Assembly: GCA_044229845.1 (NCBI GenBank)
Contig: JBGASG010000003.1
Span: 224,001 to 288,000, forward strand
DNA: 64,000 nt
Direction: 5' to 3'
Source: Candidatus Obscuribacteraceae bacterium
GTDB lineage: Bacteria > Cyanobacteriota > Vampirovibrionia > Obscuribacterales > Obscuribacteraceae
In this document: piece by piece, positions 9,673 to 18,660 of the stretch
How positions within the stretch are numbered: the stretch's first letter is position 1
Layout: each line of letters starts with the position of its first letter
The notes under the pieces: generated by a model
Seen by the model: the letters and a program-made list of their open reading frames with translations, nothing else
What the model was told of the DNA's origin: nothing
Databases searched by the model: none
Made by a program: the position numbers and the translations under genes

Positions 9673-10000
9673 GGGCGATCCTCGTGATTTCTGCGACGTG
9701 GACTCCGGGGCCGGAATTGCCCAAGAATCAGCCGCGAAGGCAAGCTGGGTGGCAAAATGAGTAGTAAGGGGGACAATTGCGGCTGCGAATGCGGCTAGCA
9801 AACCGCCAAAATGATAACTTATTAAGAAACGCTTGTCAATCGCTCAAAAGCCCAGAGGACGCGGCTTACAGTTAAATTTCAGCCGTCCGGAGACGAGCGT
9901 GGACCAGGCGGCCGAGAACCCCGGGACGAAACGTCCTGCCGGCCGCGGCACGCCACCATATTCAACACCATGTATAGTATCAGCGGTTGGTGAGAAACAG

Positions 10001-10906
10001 CTACTCCGGCGACGCATCCGGCACTGGAGCCGGAGCAGCGGCAGCATCGGGATTGTCCGAAAGCTCCGGAAAAACTCCCAGTTCGCCGTCGTGGGTTCGC
10101 ACTCTCAACTTGTAGACAATGTCGGTGGTGACGCAGCGTCCCTGCAGATAAAGCCGGCAAATGTTGCCGGATCCGTCGAAGAAACCCACATAGTGGCGCT
10201 GGGTCCCCTCGGGAGCCTTGTCTCCCAGGTAATACAGCGCGCTGCCACGAAACTTCACCCCAAGAATTTTGCGTCGCTCCCCAAGTTCGTTAAGCAAGAT
10301 ACCGCGGTCATCTTCGCGAATTTCGATGGACTCCATCGGCAGATCGTCGGAGAGAGGTTTTTCCGGGGGACGAATCAAAAGGTCGTCGTCATCAGTAAGT
10401 TCGACGATAGGAGCCGTTCGCCCCGCCGCTGAAAACAGCCGTCCTTGATCGACAAACACGATGTCTCCCAACTCCTGAACGCCCAGTTCATCAGCCAGAC
10501 TGAGCGGTCCGACTACCTCGTCTTCGTCGTCTCCCCAGGAATCGGACTCTTGCACCCCCGGCGCGGAGTCGTCGGCTTGCGGCTTCTCATCGACAATCTC
10601 GGCATCATAAAGGTCTGAGGAGCGCTGCTGCTGCTCGCCACCTTGCTCACCGTCCTCATCCTCGTCCTCGTCCTCGTCCAGATAGTCTTCTGGTCGAACA
10701 GACACCTCATCGTCGTCGTCATCGAAGTCGGCGTCTTCCGGCGCAGCAACTGCTACTGCCGGCTGTTCGTCCTCTTCATCCGGAGTATTCGGATCGCTGG
10801 TGCTGGGATCGGTGGAGTTGGCAGTAGAAGACTGTGCTTCGTCGTCCGCGTTTTGAGTAGCGGGAGCCGGCTGCTGTCCTCGATAGCGTTCACGCCTAGC
10901 CGCCAC
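10001..10906 (-). CDS. Highly acidic hypothetical protein with a small globular C-terminal domain
   Basis: 301-aa ORF with a D/E-rich disordered N-terminal two thirds. Its GTG start overlaps the stop of the upstream ATPase (11 nt), which suggests translational coupling. Confidence 0.75.
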   Translation of the reverse strand: MAARRERYRGQQPAPATQNADDEAQSSTANSTDPSTSDPNTPDEEDEQPAVAVAAPEDADFDDDDDEVSVRPEDYLDEDEDEDEDGEQGGEQQQRSSDLYDAEIVDEKPQADDSAPGVQESDSWGDDEDEVVGPLSLADELGVQELGDIVFVDQGRLFSAAGRTAPIVELTDDDDLLIRPPEKPLSDDLPMESIEIREDDRGILLNELGERRKILGVKFRGSALYYLGDKAPEGTQRHYVGFFDGSGNICRLYLQGRCVTTDIVYKLRVRTHDGELGVFPELSDNPDAAAAPAPVPDASPE

Positions 10907-13900
10907 CGCCGCCTTCTCCTCCTCCGCCTTCCTGTCCCTCGTTCTGGAAGTTTTCCAGAGCTGTGCGGACTTTGTGCAAGAGTACCAGCTGAGCGTCGGT
11001 CGAAAGCTGCTGATCTTTGATCAAGTGAACAGCCAGGCAGTAAGCCAGATCGAGATCGCCCTGACCGATCATGCGTTCGGTAAGCAATCTGCAGAACCAT
11101 GCTGCCGAATCGGAAGCCGATGAATCTTTGCGGTTGATGGAAGAGTTGAAGTCGAATTTGATCTTCGGATCGCGAACGATTTCCGAGACTTCGAAGCGAT
11201 AAATGCATTTAGATGTGCACGGACCACAGGTGGGGTGCGGACCTTGATCGCGCTTGTGCAATTCGATGAAGTCGTCACGCCACTCGCGCAATACTGAAAT
11301 ATCGAGGCGGCGGTTGACTTCACTTGGTTGAAATGCTGGTCTCAAAAGGTTCAACCAGCGCAGATGCTGCTCGCGCACCTGATCATAGAACCAGTAGTTT
11401 TCTTCGCCCTTGCGCTCGAAATAACGTTCAGTCGCCTGAGTAAGAGCGCACCAGGTGATACCGGTGAGATTACCGGAACGGGCACGACCGCCGATCACCC
11501 GCTGAATCTCGTGGATGATCTGAGCGCGGAAGTGCACCAGTTGCGTGAGATCCTTCAGCGTCGAAAGCACATAGCGGTTATATACTTGCCGGAATAGAGT
11601 ATCGTCAGCCACCATCACCGCCGTGTCGAGAATGGCGGAATCGCAGCGATGCAGGCAGAACTTACAGCCCATATGGCGGTCGAAGTTCTTGACGATCTCC
11701 AGTCCGGCCATCGCTTCCCGCACCACCTGATCAGACTCGTGTGGTGTCTCCGGCGGTGGCACAGAAGCCGTCTTGTCATACATAATCGCCAGATGGAAAG
11801 GTGTCTCCATCTTTTCCGCATACACGATGGCGCGTCCTTGCCCGAGCGCAGTCACGTGGCGCTTCTGAATATCATCAAGGTTCATGGCACCACCCATGGA
11901 GTCGCGGTCGTCGGTGGCCACGATGCGGTGCATAACCTTCAAGTTCGTGTTTTTCAGCGCTTCCGGAGCCAGTTTGTTGGGGATCTGGTCTGCGATGATA
12001 AAGCCCTGACCATATGAACGAATTTCTGCCAGCATGTTGGTGAAGAATTCCACCGCTTTACCGGCCGGGTTGGCACTTTCCGCGCTCTGCGAAGTAGGCA
12101 CGTTCTTCAAAAGACGGTGAGCCTCTTCAATCAGCATGACGTGCTGCAAGTTATCGTGCGGTCCCAGTGATTCACGGTATTCGTAAAGGAAGACGAGAAT
12201 CATACCCATCAGGAATGACTTTTCAGAGTCTTCCGACACCATCTTGAGCTCAACGACCGTCGGTCTGCCGAATAGAATTTCAGGCGGGATAGATCTCCTG
12301 GTGTTGAGCATCTGCCCTTTACCACCAATGAGCAGCGAGCCGATACGGGCTTTCAGCGCAGCCTGCACGTCAGGTCCGATTCTCTCCGAATATCCGAATG
12401 ATTCGGTAATCGGGTCGATGATTTCGAACAAGTCTTTCATGGTCGGATAAATCTCGGGCGGACAGTCCGGATCACCGACGTTGATGCCTGGCGGCAGGCG
12501 ACGATTCTTGTTTTGCACAAGGTCCCATCCGCGCACACCGTAGATGGCGTTCAAAGCCTTTTCCAACACCTGCGGCATTGGTGAATACATTTCAAAAGAT
12601 GCGTTAAACACAGACTTCAAGGCATCAAGGTGAGTCTGTACTTTCACTCCTTTCATGATTTCAAATGGGTTGAGGCGGAATGGTGATACCGTTTCATCCC
12701 CCAGAGAAAATGCCTGACCGTGTCCTTTGAAGGTCTCGGACATTAGCATCATGTGCCGATATTCTGATTTCGCCGGCTCGATCACCATAAACGGGATCTT
12801 GTATCGCCAGAGCTGGTTGAGCAGATAGAAACACGTGTTAGTTTTACCGCCGCCGGTCACCCCGCAGACAATGGTGTGTTTTTGCAGCGCATCCACATCG
12901 ACATAGTAGAGGTTGCCTGTGTCCATGTTCTTATCGAGGATGTTGCCGATGGCAATTACCCTGGTTGGATCTTTCGGCGGAATCTCGGCGAGCGAAAATT
13001 CAGCAGATCGGCGAATGCGGAAGCCAGGCATTTCGCTCTTCGGTAAGTGGCAAAACGCTGACAGCATTCGGGAGTTGAGTGGTGACACAAATGTATAGCG
13101 CAGCAGATCTTGCACCGTGTCGCCCTGACGCTTGTTAGACAACAAACCGAATTGTTCGACGTGCGGCTTCAAGCCCGGCAGCTGGTGCGTGCGCAATGGT
13201 GTCGGACGACTTTGTTCGTCGGTGTAGATAGCGCGAATCAAAGACTGCAGTCGCACAAAGACAGACTGATCCGGTGCGAAGTAATAAACGCCGACCTGCC
13301 ACATTCCGACTGCGGTACCCAGCTGCACGTGCTTCAGATAGGCATCTTGCAACTCTAAGTAGTACTTGATGCGCCGCTTTTTCTCAGGGTCTTCTTGATC
13401 TTGAGCTCGCTGAATCTGATCAACAATGGCAAACTCTTCCTGGCTGACCAGGCGCTGCGGAATTGGCGCCGCCAGAAGCAAGATGCCGAACTGGTTGCCC
13501 TGCAAGCCGTTCGCGACACGCTCAATCTGCTCAGACTCCATGGTGCTGTCGATAGAACTCTTCAGCGAAGGCACGCCGGTAACGATGCCGGTGTAAGTCG
13601 CCAGAGGCGAGATCATGGAACGAATCGCATCGCTGCTGAAAGGCTCCGCGTGAATATCTACGCCGTTGTAGACGCTATGGAGCAGCGACCGCAAAGTCGT
13701 GTAGGGCAGATTAGGATCTTGCTGCGGTTTGCTGCCGTTGCCGTTGGTTTCTTGAAAAACGGGCGGTGACATGCCCATGTAGTAATTGACGCCGGCTTTG
13801 TTGCCGATCACCAGATACGCGATGTTAGCTTTCTGCGCGTGCAAGCCGGTGAGGGCATCTTCCATAACGTATTGCCGCTTGGGCAGTTGGTTAGGATCGT

Positions 13901-14114
13901 TATTGGCTTGCGGCTGTTGTTGTTGCTGCTGTTTTTCCCGTTCTATGTCCCAGGATCGCAATACGCCATCGATGCGTACGAATGTCAGCCCGGGCACTCG
14001 CCAGCTCTCGAATGCTGCCGGATCTATAGGTTGACCCTCCAGCGCATCGAGATCATAGCGGCGCAAGTCCGCTATCTTCTCGTCCCAAATATTTCGACTA
14101 GGTGCCTGTGTCAT
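10896..14114 (-). CDS. HerA/FtsK-superfamily (DUF87-like) ATPase, 1072 aa
   Basis: Walker A GVTGGGKT, Walker B VMLIEEAH, and arginine finger plus Gln motif EIRSYGQGFIIADQ. No TM segment is evident. C-terminal Cys clusters are CKFCLHRC and CGPCTSKC. Confidence 0.88.
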   Translation of the reverse strand: MTQAPSRNIWDEKIADLRRYDLDALEGQPIDPAAFESWRVPGLTFVRIDGVLRSWDIEREKQQQQQQPQANNDPNQLPKRQYVMEDALTGLHAQKANIAYLVIGNKAGVNYYMGMSPPVFQETNGNGSKPQQDPNLPYTTLRSLLHSVYNGVDIHAEPFSSDAIRSMISPLATYTGIVTGVPSLKSSIDSTMESEQIERVANGLQGNQFGILLLAAPIPQRLVSQEEFAIVDQIQRAQDQEDPEKKRRIKYYLELQDAYLKHVQLGTAVGMWQVGVYYFAPDQSVFVRLQSLIRAIYTDEQSRPTPLRTHQLPGLKPHVEQFGLLSNKRQGDTVQDLLRYTFVSPLNSRMLSAFCHLPKSEMPGFRIRRSAEFSLAEIPPKDPTRVIAIGNILDKNMDTGNLYYVDVDALQKHTIVCGVTGGGKTNTCFYLLNQLWRYKIPFMVIEPAKSEYRHMMLMSETFKGHGQAFSLGDETVSPFRLNPFEIMKGVKVQTHLDALKSVFNASFEMYSPMPQVLEKALNAIYGVRGWDLVQNKNRRLPPGINVGDPDCPPEIYPTMKDLFEIIDPITESFGYSERIGPDVQAALKARIGSLLIGGKGQMLNTRRSIPPEILFGRPTVVELKMVSEDSEKSFLMGMILVFLYEYRESLGPHDNLQHVMLIEEAHRLLKNVPTSQSAESANPAGKAVEFFTNMLAEIRSYGQGFIIADQIPNKLAPEALKNTNLKVMHRIVATDDRDSMGGAMNLDDIQKRHVTALGQGRAIVYAEKMETPFHLAIMYDKTASVPPPETPHESDQVVREAMAGLEIVKNFDRHMGCKFCLHRCDSAILDTAVMVADDTLFRQVYNRYVLSTLKDLTQLVHFRAQIIHEIQRVIGGRARSGNLTGITWCALTQATERYFERKGEENYWFYDQVREQHLRWLNLLRPAFQPSEVNRRLDISVLREWRDDFIELHKRDQGPHPTCGPCTSKCIYRFEVSEIVRDPKIKFDFNSSINRKDSSASDSAAWFCRLLTERMIGQGDLDLAYCLAVHLIKDQQLSTDAQLVLLHKVRTALENFQNEGQEGGGGEGGGGG

Positions 14115-14263
14115 TTCTTTGAAAGTTTCCCGCTATAAGACTAATCGTCTTAAAGCACCACGTAACGCCTGCTTTTTCCCCGGACCGGCTCCCTATCCGC
14201 TCTCTACGCCTTGTTTTTACCATGCCTGCTCGTAAATATCAGGCATTGCCGAATATCAGGCGC

Positions 14264-17200
14264 TCAAGCCGGAGATTCTGCCAGTTCTTTAGACTTCTTG
14301 TTCTTGTCTTTCTCCTTTTGAGTTTTTGGTCGATTGGCGTAGATCTGATCGATCAAGCTGCGGTTGATGTCCTTGTCGGCGACGTCTTTGAAATCCGGAG
14401 ATTGCATATTGAAGACGCCGGCTACAGTGCCTACTCTGTAGCAGAAGTACGTCCGCTCCTCTTGACCCACTACGCGGTCGATGTTGAGTTTTTCTTCGTC
14501 TGAAATAAGTTCGAACTGTGGTGAAGTATTGACCTTGTTGAAGATGTTCTGAATGGTCTGGTGCTTTACTTTACGACCGTCCACACGGAACATTTGAGGT
14601 CCTAACATATCGCCGTCCTTTTTAGCCAGCGCGAAGATGCACATGGTGCCGGTGTTGATTACTACCTGGTTGCGGTAGTCTTCCGGCAGACCTTGCAAAG
14701 TCTTGGTGGCTGCGATCAGACCGATCTGAAACTTTTTCGTTTCGCTGGTGAGCGCATCGAAAGTTTCTTTTTCAATGAATGAATCGAATTCATCGAGATA
14801 CAACGCAGTCGGCCGGCGCTTGTTGGAGTTTTTCAGCGACAGCGACAGGGCGGCCTGCTTCAAGCCGCTGACGATCAAAGAACCGAGCAAGTTGGCGTTC
14901 TGGTCCAACTGCCCTTGCGGTATTTTGACGAACAGAATCGACTTGTCGTTGATGACGTCCCGCAGGCTGAGGTCACCTTTAGCCTTTGTGAGAATCGGAC
15001 GAATACGCGGGTCACCAAGCATTGGCTGCACGCGGTTGAGAATCGGCTCGATCCAGTTCAACCATTGATCTGTACGGGCGAGGCGCTTGTAGTTGTTCCA
15101 CGCGTCTATGAGTGTGATGTACTCGGCGCGCTCGTTCTTCATGCGCTCGACCTTCTCCAACAGCACATCGCGAAAGTCGTTCTCCGCCAGCAAGGTGGGC
15201 AGGTCGGTGAGGGTACGCCCGTTAGCCATGAGCAAAATAGCGGCGTTGCGCAAAATGTTGGCGGTCTGCTGGTTCCACTGGCTCTGCGAACCAGGCGGTT
15301 CCGTATATATGGCTTTGAATCCGAACACGATTGCCGAAGCTGCGTTCTGCAGGTCGCCGTCTTCAGGAAACTCAAGCGGGTTGTAGCCAATCTGATGATC
15401 GACATCGCCGAAAGTCGGGTCGATTACAACAATCCGCTTGGCCATGTCGCGTCCCTTAGGATGAGAAGCGACCCAATCCAACAACAGATCTACCAGTCCG
15501 CCGTCGGAGTCGACCAGCACCACTGCGCGGTCAGCCGCTGCCATATCGTGAGCAATCATAGACGCCATCATGCGGCTCTTGCCTTTGGCAGCGCCGCCCA
15601 GGATCAATATGTGGGGATTCTGCTCGCGAACATCCGGCGGCATAGACAGCGTGCGCGGTGTGTAAAAGCTGAAGATGTTCCAGTCGACGCGGCTGCCGAA
15701 AGGCACGCCTCCGGGCTTCAGCCCGCGCCCAAATTCCCGCACCATCTTGGTGTGCTGCGCCTGGAACTGAGAAGGAATGTATTTCTTCTTCGCCCAGATG
15801 TTGATCATGCCGGATGGTCCGAACAGTTTCAGTGAAAGCATAGCCAGCAGGGCACCGATGCCGATGATGCCCAGGGCGACGTTGAGGAAGAACTGGTGCA
15901 TCTTCTTCGGATCTTTGCCGATGTCATCCATATTGACGCCCTTGCCGCCACCGGCACCGCCAGTATTGATTGGAATCTGGCCGCTGGCAATCTGCGTGCC
16001 GGTTGGTCCGGCTCCGGGCTCGAAGCTCTCCTGCATAAAGCCTTTGAAATCACCGACGAAGGTTTGAATCTGTCCGCGCCAGCCGAAGCCTACGCGCTTG
16101 GTGTACTTGTAGGCACCACGGAACAATGGAGCCTCTCGGGTCTGTTCATTCCCGGGCGTGATATTGGCGATGATGGCAATCGGTTTGCCTCGCGCCTGTT
16201 TATTTTCGTCGACGTACTGTTTGCCCAGTTCCATCCGTCCATTTTTGTAGGTGCCGTTCACGAAGAACAAACCGAAAGAATCCATGCCCTGTCCCTGGAC
16301 CTGTTCGCCGTTTTGCACCAGCGTCAGGTCGCCCTGGACAGATTTGCCTGCTGCCGGTCCGGGCCCGGCCGTAGCCGCCTTTGCAGGTCCCATGATCGTC
16401 TTCCATTTGCCGCCGACGTACTGTCCGCTGGACTGGCCGCCACCGCCTCCTCCAAACGGATTTGGAAATCCGCCAGCGTTGCTGCTTGTGCCGCTGCTCG
16501 GCATAGTGGGGTGCTGCTGCCCGGCATTAGAGATTGATTGTCCGAGTGAACCAAATACGGTGCTGAGAATTCCGAGCACCGGTGCCACTACCATGAATAT
16601 AACGATGCCGGCCGTCATCACGGTCTGCATCTTCATGGGTATGCCGAAAAGGCTGATCGTCTTGTCTTCGGTGACGCGATCTTCAAGACGCGGACGGCGC
16701 TTCGGCTTCTTATCCTTTTCTTCTTCATCTTCGTCGTCGTCATCTTCATCTTTGACGACGATTTTGTGTTTGGGAGGCTTGCCGTCCTCTTCGAACATCG
16801 AGGACTTGGACTTCGATTTGACCGGCTCCAATTTTTCATCGTCGTCGTCGGCAACCACCGGCTTCTTGGCCGGCGGCGGAGCGTCTGTAGTTGCACCTTC
16901 CTTTGCGGCGCGCTGGGCGCGAGCGATTGCCTCGGCAATAATCGAAGGCTGGGCACCGCTCATGGTCTGGTCTAATCCGCCCCCGGTGGTCGGACCGCCG
17001 GTCGGGCTGCCCGCACCGGCAGGCGCGCTGACAGCCGGGGCAGACGAATTTTGCGAGAAAGGACTGGCTGCTGGTTGTGATGATCCCTGAGAAAAGAAAT
17101 CTGCGCCGGAATCGAAGAAAGAGCTGTTGTTGGCTGGAGGAGCCGCCACAAAGGGAGCCGGCGCCTCGACGGGCGCCGCGACAACCGGTGCCTCAGTTAC

Positions 17201-18577
17201 GGGAGCGGCAGCCGGTGCCGCAGCCGATTCGGTGTTGACACTGTCAGTAGTGGCAGGCTCGGTGGTTGCTCCGCTGTCAGCGGCAGGCGCTGGATCGCCG
17301 GGCTTGACACCAAAAGGCAAGAACGCTGAATCATTACCGCTGGACGGTGGTGCACCAGCCGGCGCTCCGGCAAAGAAATCGCCTTTGGTCTCGGACAGTG
17401 GCTGCGTGATTGGACCGGTGGCCACTTGATTGAGTCCGCCGCCGCCAATCTGCCCCGGCCCGGTCACCACCTGATTGGGTTGCGACATTGTCTGGCTAGG
17501 CGGAGGCAACGCGGGAGCACTGGCGACCGATATGGTCGAATGCGGCTGGCTGGCGGCTGCCAGCGCCACATTGCTGGCCGGCTCGGCTATAAAAGATGCG
17601 ACCTGTGACTGGTCGGCGGCTGCCGGATTGGGAGTCGTCTCCGGTTGGGCAGCATCCGGCGGTTTATCAGCGATCGAATTCGACTGTCCGCTGTGGAAAA
17701 GCGCCCCAGCAATCGCAGCGGCGGCTGCACCGGCAGCAAATCCGCTCGCCGCGGCAGCCAGCGGAGGAATAGATGCGGACTGGTTGATGCCACCAACCGG
17801 AGCGATTGTACCGACTGGAATCGGTCCGCCTATAGGCAAGTCAGACACCGATTCATCCGAGTCAGCGTCCGAGCTGCCACCGTCGATGGTCGGTTTGATT
17901 GGCTCGGGTTGCGGCTGCGGAGCCGAATCATCCGCGGAGTCTGCCGGCATCGCTTCTTGCGGCAAAGCAAAAGAATTATCGGAAACAACCAATTTGGGCT
18001 TCTCCGATTCAGGCATGAGAGTCATGGGTTGGGCTACAGAAGCAGCCTCAGCGGCGAACTGCTCAGCAACCGGCTCCAACGAAATCAAACCCGATACGTC
18101 CTGGGCACCGCCAGTCGTTCCCGGAATTAGAGAAGCTGCACTGCCCAGGAGACTGCCTAGTTTTGATTGCGCTGCCGGCGGCACCGGCTCAGGCGGTGGA
18201 GGCGTGGCGATCGGACGTCCGGTGGCAAAGTCTATTTCGGTCGGTTGCGGCGGAACAACATTGATCGGGGCAGCGTGCGGCGAGCCCCAGGTGTTGGCGG
18301 CGGCGGCGTGTCCGTTGCCATTGCCGTTGCCATTGCCGTCCTCACCTTCTTGCATGTAGCTGTGTTGCGTATAGAGATTGCGGTACTGGTAACGGTTTAC
18401 AGCTTTTTCTAAAACAAGCGGATCGGGCGCGACAGCTACAGCCAGCGGGGCACTGGTATGCGAAATGACCGGCAGCGCGGTTGGCGAGTGCTTCGAGATG
18501 GTGGCGCCGCAATCAGGACAGGCTTTTGCCTTACCCCTGAGAATCACACCACATTGCTGGCAAATGAGAATTTCCAT
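14264..18577 (-). CDS. VirD4/TraD-like membrane ATPase paralog A (zinc ribbon, long disordered region, 2 TM, ATPase), 1437 aa
   Basis: N-terminal CQQC..CPDC and two hydrophobic segments. ATPase motifs: HILILGGAAKGKS, LVDSDGGL, GYNPLE, ILRNAAILL, EPILNRV, LYLDEF. Confidence 0.82.
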   Translation of the reverse strand: MEILICQQCGVILRGKAKACPDCGATISKHSPTALPVISHTSAPLAVAVAPDPLVLEKAVNRYQYRNLYTQHSYMQEGEDGNGNGNGNGHAAAANTWGSPHAAPINVVPPQPTEIDFATGRPIATPPPPEPVPPAAQSKLGSLLGSAASLIPGTTGGAQDVSGLISLEPVAEQFAAEAASVAQPMTLMPESEKPKLVVSDNSFALPQEAMPADSADDSAPQPQPEPIKPTIDGGSSDADSDESVSDLPIGGPIPVGTIAPVGGINQSASIPPLAAAASGFAAGAAAAAIAGALFHSGQSNSIADKPPDAAQPETTPNPAAADQSQVASFIAEPASNVALAAASQPHSTISVASAPALPPPSQTMSQPNQVVTGPGQIGGGGLNQVATGPITQPLSETKGDFFAGAPAGAPPSSGNDSAFLPFGVKPGDPAPAADSGATTEPATTDSVNTESAAAPAAAPVTEAPVVAAPVEAPAPFVAAPPANNSSFFDSGADFFSQGSSQPAASPFSQNSSAPAVSAPAGAGSPTGGPTTGGGLDQTMSGAQPSIIAEAIARAQRAAKEGATTDAPPPAKKPVVADDDDEKLEPVKSKSKSSMFEEDGKPPKHKIVVKDEDDDDEDEEEKDKKPKRRPRLEDRVTEDKTISLFGIPMKMQTVMTAGIVIFMVVAPVLGILSTVFGSLGQSISNAGQQHPTMPSSGTSSNAGGFPNPFGGGGGGQSSGQYVGGKWKTIMGPAKAATAGPGPAAGKSVQGDLTLVQNGEQVQGQGMDSFGLFFVNGTYKNGRMELGKQYVDENKQARGKPIAIIANITPGNEQTREAPLFRGAYKYTKRVGFGWRGQIQTFVGDFKGFMQESFEPGAGPTGTQIASGQIPINTGGAGGGKGVNMDDIGKDPKKMHQFFLNVALGIIGIGALLAMLSLKLFGPSGMINIWAKKKYIPSQFQAQHTKMVREFGRGLKPGGVPFGSRVDWNIFSFYTPRTLSMPPDVREQNPHILILGGAAKGKSRMMASMIAHDMAAADRAVVLVDSDGGLVDLLLDWVASHPKGRDMAKRIVVIDPTFGDVDHQIGYNPLEFPEDGDLQNAASAIVFGFKAIYTEPPGSQSQWNQQTANILRNAAILLMANGRTLTDLPTLLAENDFRDVLLEKVERMKNERAEYITLIDAWNNYKRLARTDQWLNWIEPILNRVQPMLGDPRIRPILTKAKGDLSLRDVINDKSILFVKIPQGQLDQNANLLGSLIVSGLKQAALSLSLKNSNKRRPTALYLDEFDSFIEKETFDALTSETKKFQIGLIAATKTLQGLPEDYRNQVVINTGTMCIFALAKKDGDMLGPQMFRVDGRKVKHQTIQNIFNKVNTSPQFELISDEEKLNIDRVVGQEERTYFCYRVGTVAGVFNMQSPDFKDVADKDINRSLIDQIYANRPKTQKEKDKNKKSKELAESPA

Positions 18578-18660
18578 CTCGCTCTACTATCCCTTGACAT
18601 CTATGTCCTGATCTGCTTTGCCTTTTGGCTATCGTAGTTATTCCCGTCAGTTCCCCTTTT

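Noticed and set aside
5..9760. Many plus-strand ORFs (338, 347, 297, 455 aa and others)
   Set aside because: They are antisense shadows of the two long minus-strand genes, with no motifs of their own.
9673..9801. Signal-peptide-like N-terminal extension of the LysM protein from TTG 9801
   Set aside because: There is no SD and no basic n-region, the hydrophobic core is weak, and ATG 9672 has a GAGG SD. It is not fully excluded.
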